DNA of 63,897 bases, counting the filler, from Rhizaria sp. SCN 62-66 (Eukaryota): assembly GCA_001724265.1 (NCBI GenBank). It is 3 parts of 3 records of this genome, joined end to end, with 100 filler letters (N's around TTAATTAATTAA, not from the genome) between each part and the next. Parts side by side here need not be neighbours in the genome. Positions count along the whole stretch, not along the records: positions 51,821 to 63,897 come from MEDY01000538.1; 2 more parts are not named here. One strand, written 5' to 3'. Below are positions 60,094 through 63,897 of the stretch, piece after piece (within the stretch, counting starts at the first letter, position 1; every line of letters begins with the position of its first letter). Position numbers and translations under genes: made by a program. The notes under the pieces are model-generated. The model made no database searches, was not told the origin of the DNA, and saw nothing but the letters and a program-made list of their open reading frames with translations.

Positions 60094-62823
60094 TTAGCCC
60101 TTGTGTGCGTTGAGACTGGGCCCCTTAAAGAAGCGTCCCGTGGAGCCCTTAAGCTGTTTGGCCATGTCAGCCAGCTGCTTCTGGCGCGCCTCGAGCGCCG
60201 AGCTCTTGCCGCCCGCGCCGCCACCCTTGCCGCGGCCGTCGTCCTCGTCCTCGCCCTCCTCCTCGCCCTGGCTGTCCAGGCGGCGGCCCGTGAGTCCTAG
60301 CTGGAAGCCCGGCTTGACCACGAAGTCGTAGCCGACTGGGATGGGGCGCATAATCCGGCCCGCGCCCGGCTCGCGCGCGGGCACCGGCGCGTAGCTCGCC
60401 GTTTGCGCCAGAGCCTGTGAGTTAAAACAAAACAAGATCATAACAACAGTCAGAAAAACAAATATTTAATGCAAAATAGGTGAGTTTTGTTCGTTCAAGA
60501 GTCTCCATTTCACTTAGCATACTTGAGAGCAAGCTTTGCCAGATTTCAATCTTTTTCATTTCATCAGTGTGTGTTATATCGATATAGAATTAGCGGACGC
60601 ACATTGCGGCGGCGCGCGGCCTCGAGCACGGCCTCGGCGGACTCTGTGTCGCGGCGAGACGACAGCGTGCTTCCGAGCGCGAGCTGCATCCACTTGTTGA
60701 TGACGCCGCGCAGCACGGCGCGGTTGGGCTCCGTCTCGAGCGGCGACTGCGCGAGGGCGGCCACGGTGGCGCCGATGCCCGAGGCAACGACATCCGACTC
60801 GTGCACATCGAGGCGAGCGAGCTGGCGGTACATCTCGCCGCGCACGCGCTCGTGCACCAGCCCGCCAGTGGGCAGCGGGGAGATCCACTCCTTGATGCGC
60901 GTCAGCAGACCCTCCTCCACCAGCTGGCGCGACAGCGCCTGAGAGGAGTTGAGGTGGAGAGTCGAGTGAAGTTATGAGTGAGAATTGTTACGAAAGTGCA
61001 AGTATTGCGCGCATATAACACGTTGTCAGAAGGAAGAAACTTGAATTAAAGAACAAATAAATACACGGAAATTTACGATTATTTAGAGAAAGATAAAACA
61101 CGGATATATCCAGCTCAGCACGTACCTGGTTGGAGATCTGCGCGGCGACTGCAGCGACGTCGCGGAGCTTGCTGACGGCGGGCTTTCCCTGCTTGACGGC
61201 CGTGAGGTCCTCGTCTGCCGCCTTGGCCATCTTCTCCAGGAACGCGCGCACGCCCTCCTGCACCGTGTCCTTGCTCTCGCCGACGCCGCGCGCGCGGGCC
61301 GCGACCTGGCGCGCGATCTTCTGCTCCTTGAGCAGCCGGTCAAAGTACGGCAGCGAGGGGTCGACGTAGTCGTCGATGGGCACCGCGGCCGAGGAGGCGC
61401 CGGGCCCGTCAGCGCCGCTGGCCGCGGCCCCGCGCGCGGCCGTGGTCGGCACGCGGCGGCGCTTAGTGTTGGCCGCGATGACGTTGTTGGCGTCGACGTC
61501 GCCGTCGCTGTCGTCGTCGTCCACGGCCGCCGCGCGCGCCTTGCGGCCGCCCTTGGGCGCAGGGAGCCCCGCGGCCTTGGCGGCCTTGGCGGCGGCGGTC
61601 TTGGCCTTCTTGTCCTGCTTCGCCTCCTCGGTCTTGCGCCGCGATTCGAGCACCAGCGCCCACAGATCGGGCCGCTCGCGCTCCAGCTCCTCCATCGCGG
61701 CCTTGTACTGCGTCCCCTGGGCCTTGACGCGCGCACCCCAGAGCGCGCGATCGCGCGCAGAGAGCGCGCCCCAGGCAGAGGAGATGCGCTGCATCACCGC
61801 GCGCGAGAGCGCCGCGCCCGCGCGGGGTGCCTCCGAGTCCAGTGCGAGGTCCGCAACGGCCTGCGGGCGGGACGCCTGGGGTGGAGGGGAGAAACGTGCG
61901 CAGAGATAAGGGAGAGAGGGATAAGAATGAGGAAAGAAAGGGGATATGGACACGAGTATACAAATTGAAATTGAAATTGAAATTATTCAAAATTGGCGCC
62001 GTATGGTGCTTAAATTAGTGAGATATATCTCTTGATAGAATCTCAAGTGAAGAGAACAACACTTAGATCGCGCTTTGACCCGTACCTGTGAGAAGAGAAG
62101 GTAGCCCGACTCGAGGGGCTTCATGGGGATGCCGCGGTCGTCACGCACTTGGGGCATGATAGCGAGCTCCTCGGCGGTGAACGTGCCAGTGTACACGCCC
62201 TCGTCCTGGGAAGAGATCGCAGCGAAGTAACAAAACAAAAACACGACTTAGGCTATAAGATAAAGAGATTGGACAATATAGCAATGAAACAATAGCGACA
62301 ACATCATGAACTATAATGTACATATGATTTAAATGAATTATCTCAGAGATGCAAGAGATAGATACGATTTTGTTTTAAAAAAAAAAAGCTGTACCTCGTT
62401 GTCGCCACTGGCCTCGTCCTCGTCGTCGTCAGCGAGGGCGCGCTTGGGCCGGGAAGACTCTTTCTTCTCCTTTTTCTCCTTCTTCTCCTTCTTTTCCCTC
62501 TTCTCTTTCTTTTCCTTCTTCTCCTTCTTGTCTTTCTTCTCCTTTTTGTCCTTCTTCTCTTTCTTCTCCTTCTTGGTCGGAGCCTCAGTCTTGACTGCAG
62601 CCGCATCAGCCTCGGCGGTGACGGCGGCGTCGGCAGGGCCAGCGCCGGCAGCGGCATCGTCGTCGCTGCTGTCCTCGCTGTCGGACGACGCGGAGTCGTC
62701 GCCGCCGGCCTCAACGAACGCCACAGAGGCGGTGGCGGCCTCGGGGGCGGCGGCAGGAGCGGCGGAGTCAGCGGCGGCGGCGGAGGCGGCCGGGACAGCG
62801 GTGCGGTCCTCCTCGGAACTCAT
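60094..62823 (-). CDS. IWS1: IWS1/Spn1 transcription elongation factor with an N-terminal HMG-box-like domain, about 651 aa
   Basis: Exons 62823-62395, 62205-62086, 61875-61126, 60938-60603, 60414-60094. IWS1 core KPAVSKL...GLLTRIKEWISPLPTGGL...SGIG...PLETEPNR...INKW. HMG-like PMKPLESGYLLFSQ...ISSAWGALSARDRALW...QYKAAME. TAA stop. Confidence 0.88.
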
Positions 62824-63344
62824 TTCGCAGCAGGACGCGGCAAGGCGGAGAACAAAGGATAAGGCAGACGCGCAGGGGTGGCGTGACGCGTGGGAAGAGA
62901 GCGAAAAGTCTGGAGCAGGGCGACGCAGGAGGGAAGCGGGTGGAAGTGAGTCGATGCGCGAAAGCAGCGAGGGTGTTTTCACAGGATACGAACACCAAGG
63001 CTGGCAATGGGAGATACAATAAAGAAATATATTGTACAGATGAGACGGATCTATCTCAGAGTTTCACAAAACCTTAAACTGACGTTTGAGAGCACTCTAG
63101 CGCTTGCGTCAAAGAATCGCGACTTGCTTGGGGCTGTGTCGAACGGTTGGGGTCCCTCTCTCTCATCTCTCGGGCCGGAGGGTGACTGTGAGCAGCTAGG
63201 GACAACGAAGTTTGTTGTAACGTTCCACGTGCCGTTAAAGCAAGATATAATAGTTGAGAAACGTGGTAACTGGAGGTCGGAAGAATTGATTTAGTTGAAA
63301 AGATGGTGTATTTTGGAGGTCCTAGATGTGTGTCTGCTTATGCT

Positions 63345-63897
63345 TTACGCGCGGCCAGCCTTGGCGAGGGCCTTAGCACGGGCGTCGATGGCGTTGACGA
63401 AGACACCCTTGCCCTTGGGAAGGGAGATCCACGACTCGGAGCCCTGGCCAATGACGAAGACGTTCGACTTGCTGTATAGGTCGCAAGCGAGCAAAAAGAA
63501 GGAGCCAGAGAGTAGCCAGAGAGTAAAGAGGATAGAGGAAGTTGATGATGAGCGTTGAGGTTCGAGAGGGCGTAAGCAGGAAGACAGTGCGTGCAAAAAG
63601 GAATAGAAGAATGATACAGTGTGTGGTTTGTGTAGAGGGTATTGTTTAAGAGGTCAGGAATGTCTGTGAAACTTAAGCGATCTTCAGCAGCACTGAGTGC
63701 CTCAAAGCGAGCTGGGTTAATTGATTCATCATCCAAAAACATAAGACACATCTCTTGTCCACAAACCACAAAGCGATCGGGTGTGTCAATACAGGTGCGT
63801 GTTACGTACCGGGTAGCGAAGGAAGCGCCGGTGGTGTCCTTGATGTGGACGATGTCGAACGCGCCGGGGTGGAGGTCGATGGCGGAGATGAGACCGG
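63345..63897 (-). CDS. RPS4: 40S ribosomal protein S4 (eS4), 3' part
   Basis: Exons >63897-63810 and 63471-63345: HPGAFDIVHIKDTTGASFATR|KSNVFVIGQGSESWISLPKGKG...-TAA. Confidence 0.96.
63650..63737 (-). ncRNA. Intronic box C/D snoRNA, candidate guide for LSU rRNA 2'-O-methylation
   Basis: In the RPS4 intron, sense strand: box C ATGATGA (63732-63726), guide AACCCAGCTCGC (63718-63707), D' TTGA (63705-63702), C'-like CTGAAGA (63687-63681), box D CTGA (63657-63654). Flanked by an 11-bp inverted repeat TGTGGTTTGTG/CACAAACCACA. Confidence 0.8.

Overview
Eukaryotic nuclear DNA with GC-rich exons, AT-rich intergenic DNA and 151-338 nt GT-AG introns. It most plausibly comes from a flagellated, non-photosynthetic protist. 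The window is three contigs joined by artificial N-TTAATTAATTAA-N spacers (26090-26189, 51721-51820). I can support 18 protein genes: three surface/membrane proteins, an FGD-like DH-PH-FYVE RhoGEF, a greatly expanded NELF-C/D homologue, MRPL24, RPL17, RPS4 (hosting an intronic C/D snoRNA), a mitochondrial carrier, TBCE, an ABHD11-like hydrolase, CFAP418/C8orf37, ALAD, an HMG-box/IWS1 fusion, a multi-TM/FemAB-like GNAT fusion, a low-complexity protein with a phage-like Cys/His motif, and two unknowns. The main signal is that TAG appears to be a sense codon. Four in-frame TAGs lie inside otherwise continuous coding frames in three genes on all three contigs (1961, 26984, 59057, 53849), while the 15 other readable gene ends use only TAA or TGA. 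This suggests a nuclear code with UAG reassigned (Gln or Glu fit the contexts best, Leu is not excluded). Secondary signals are a strong GTACG splice-donor consensus and a cluster of a GAAGTYARGCCG DNA motif at 33.7-42.4 kb. All homology calls come from recognised motifs, not database searches.
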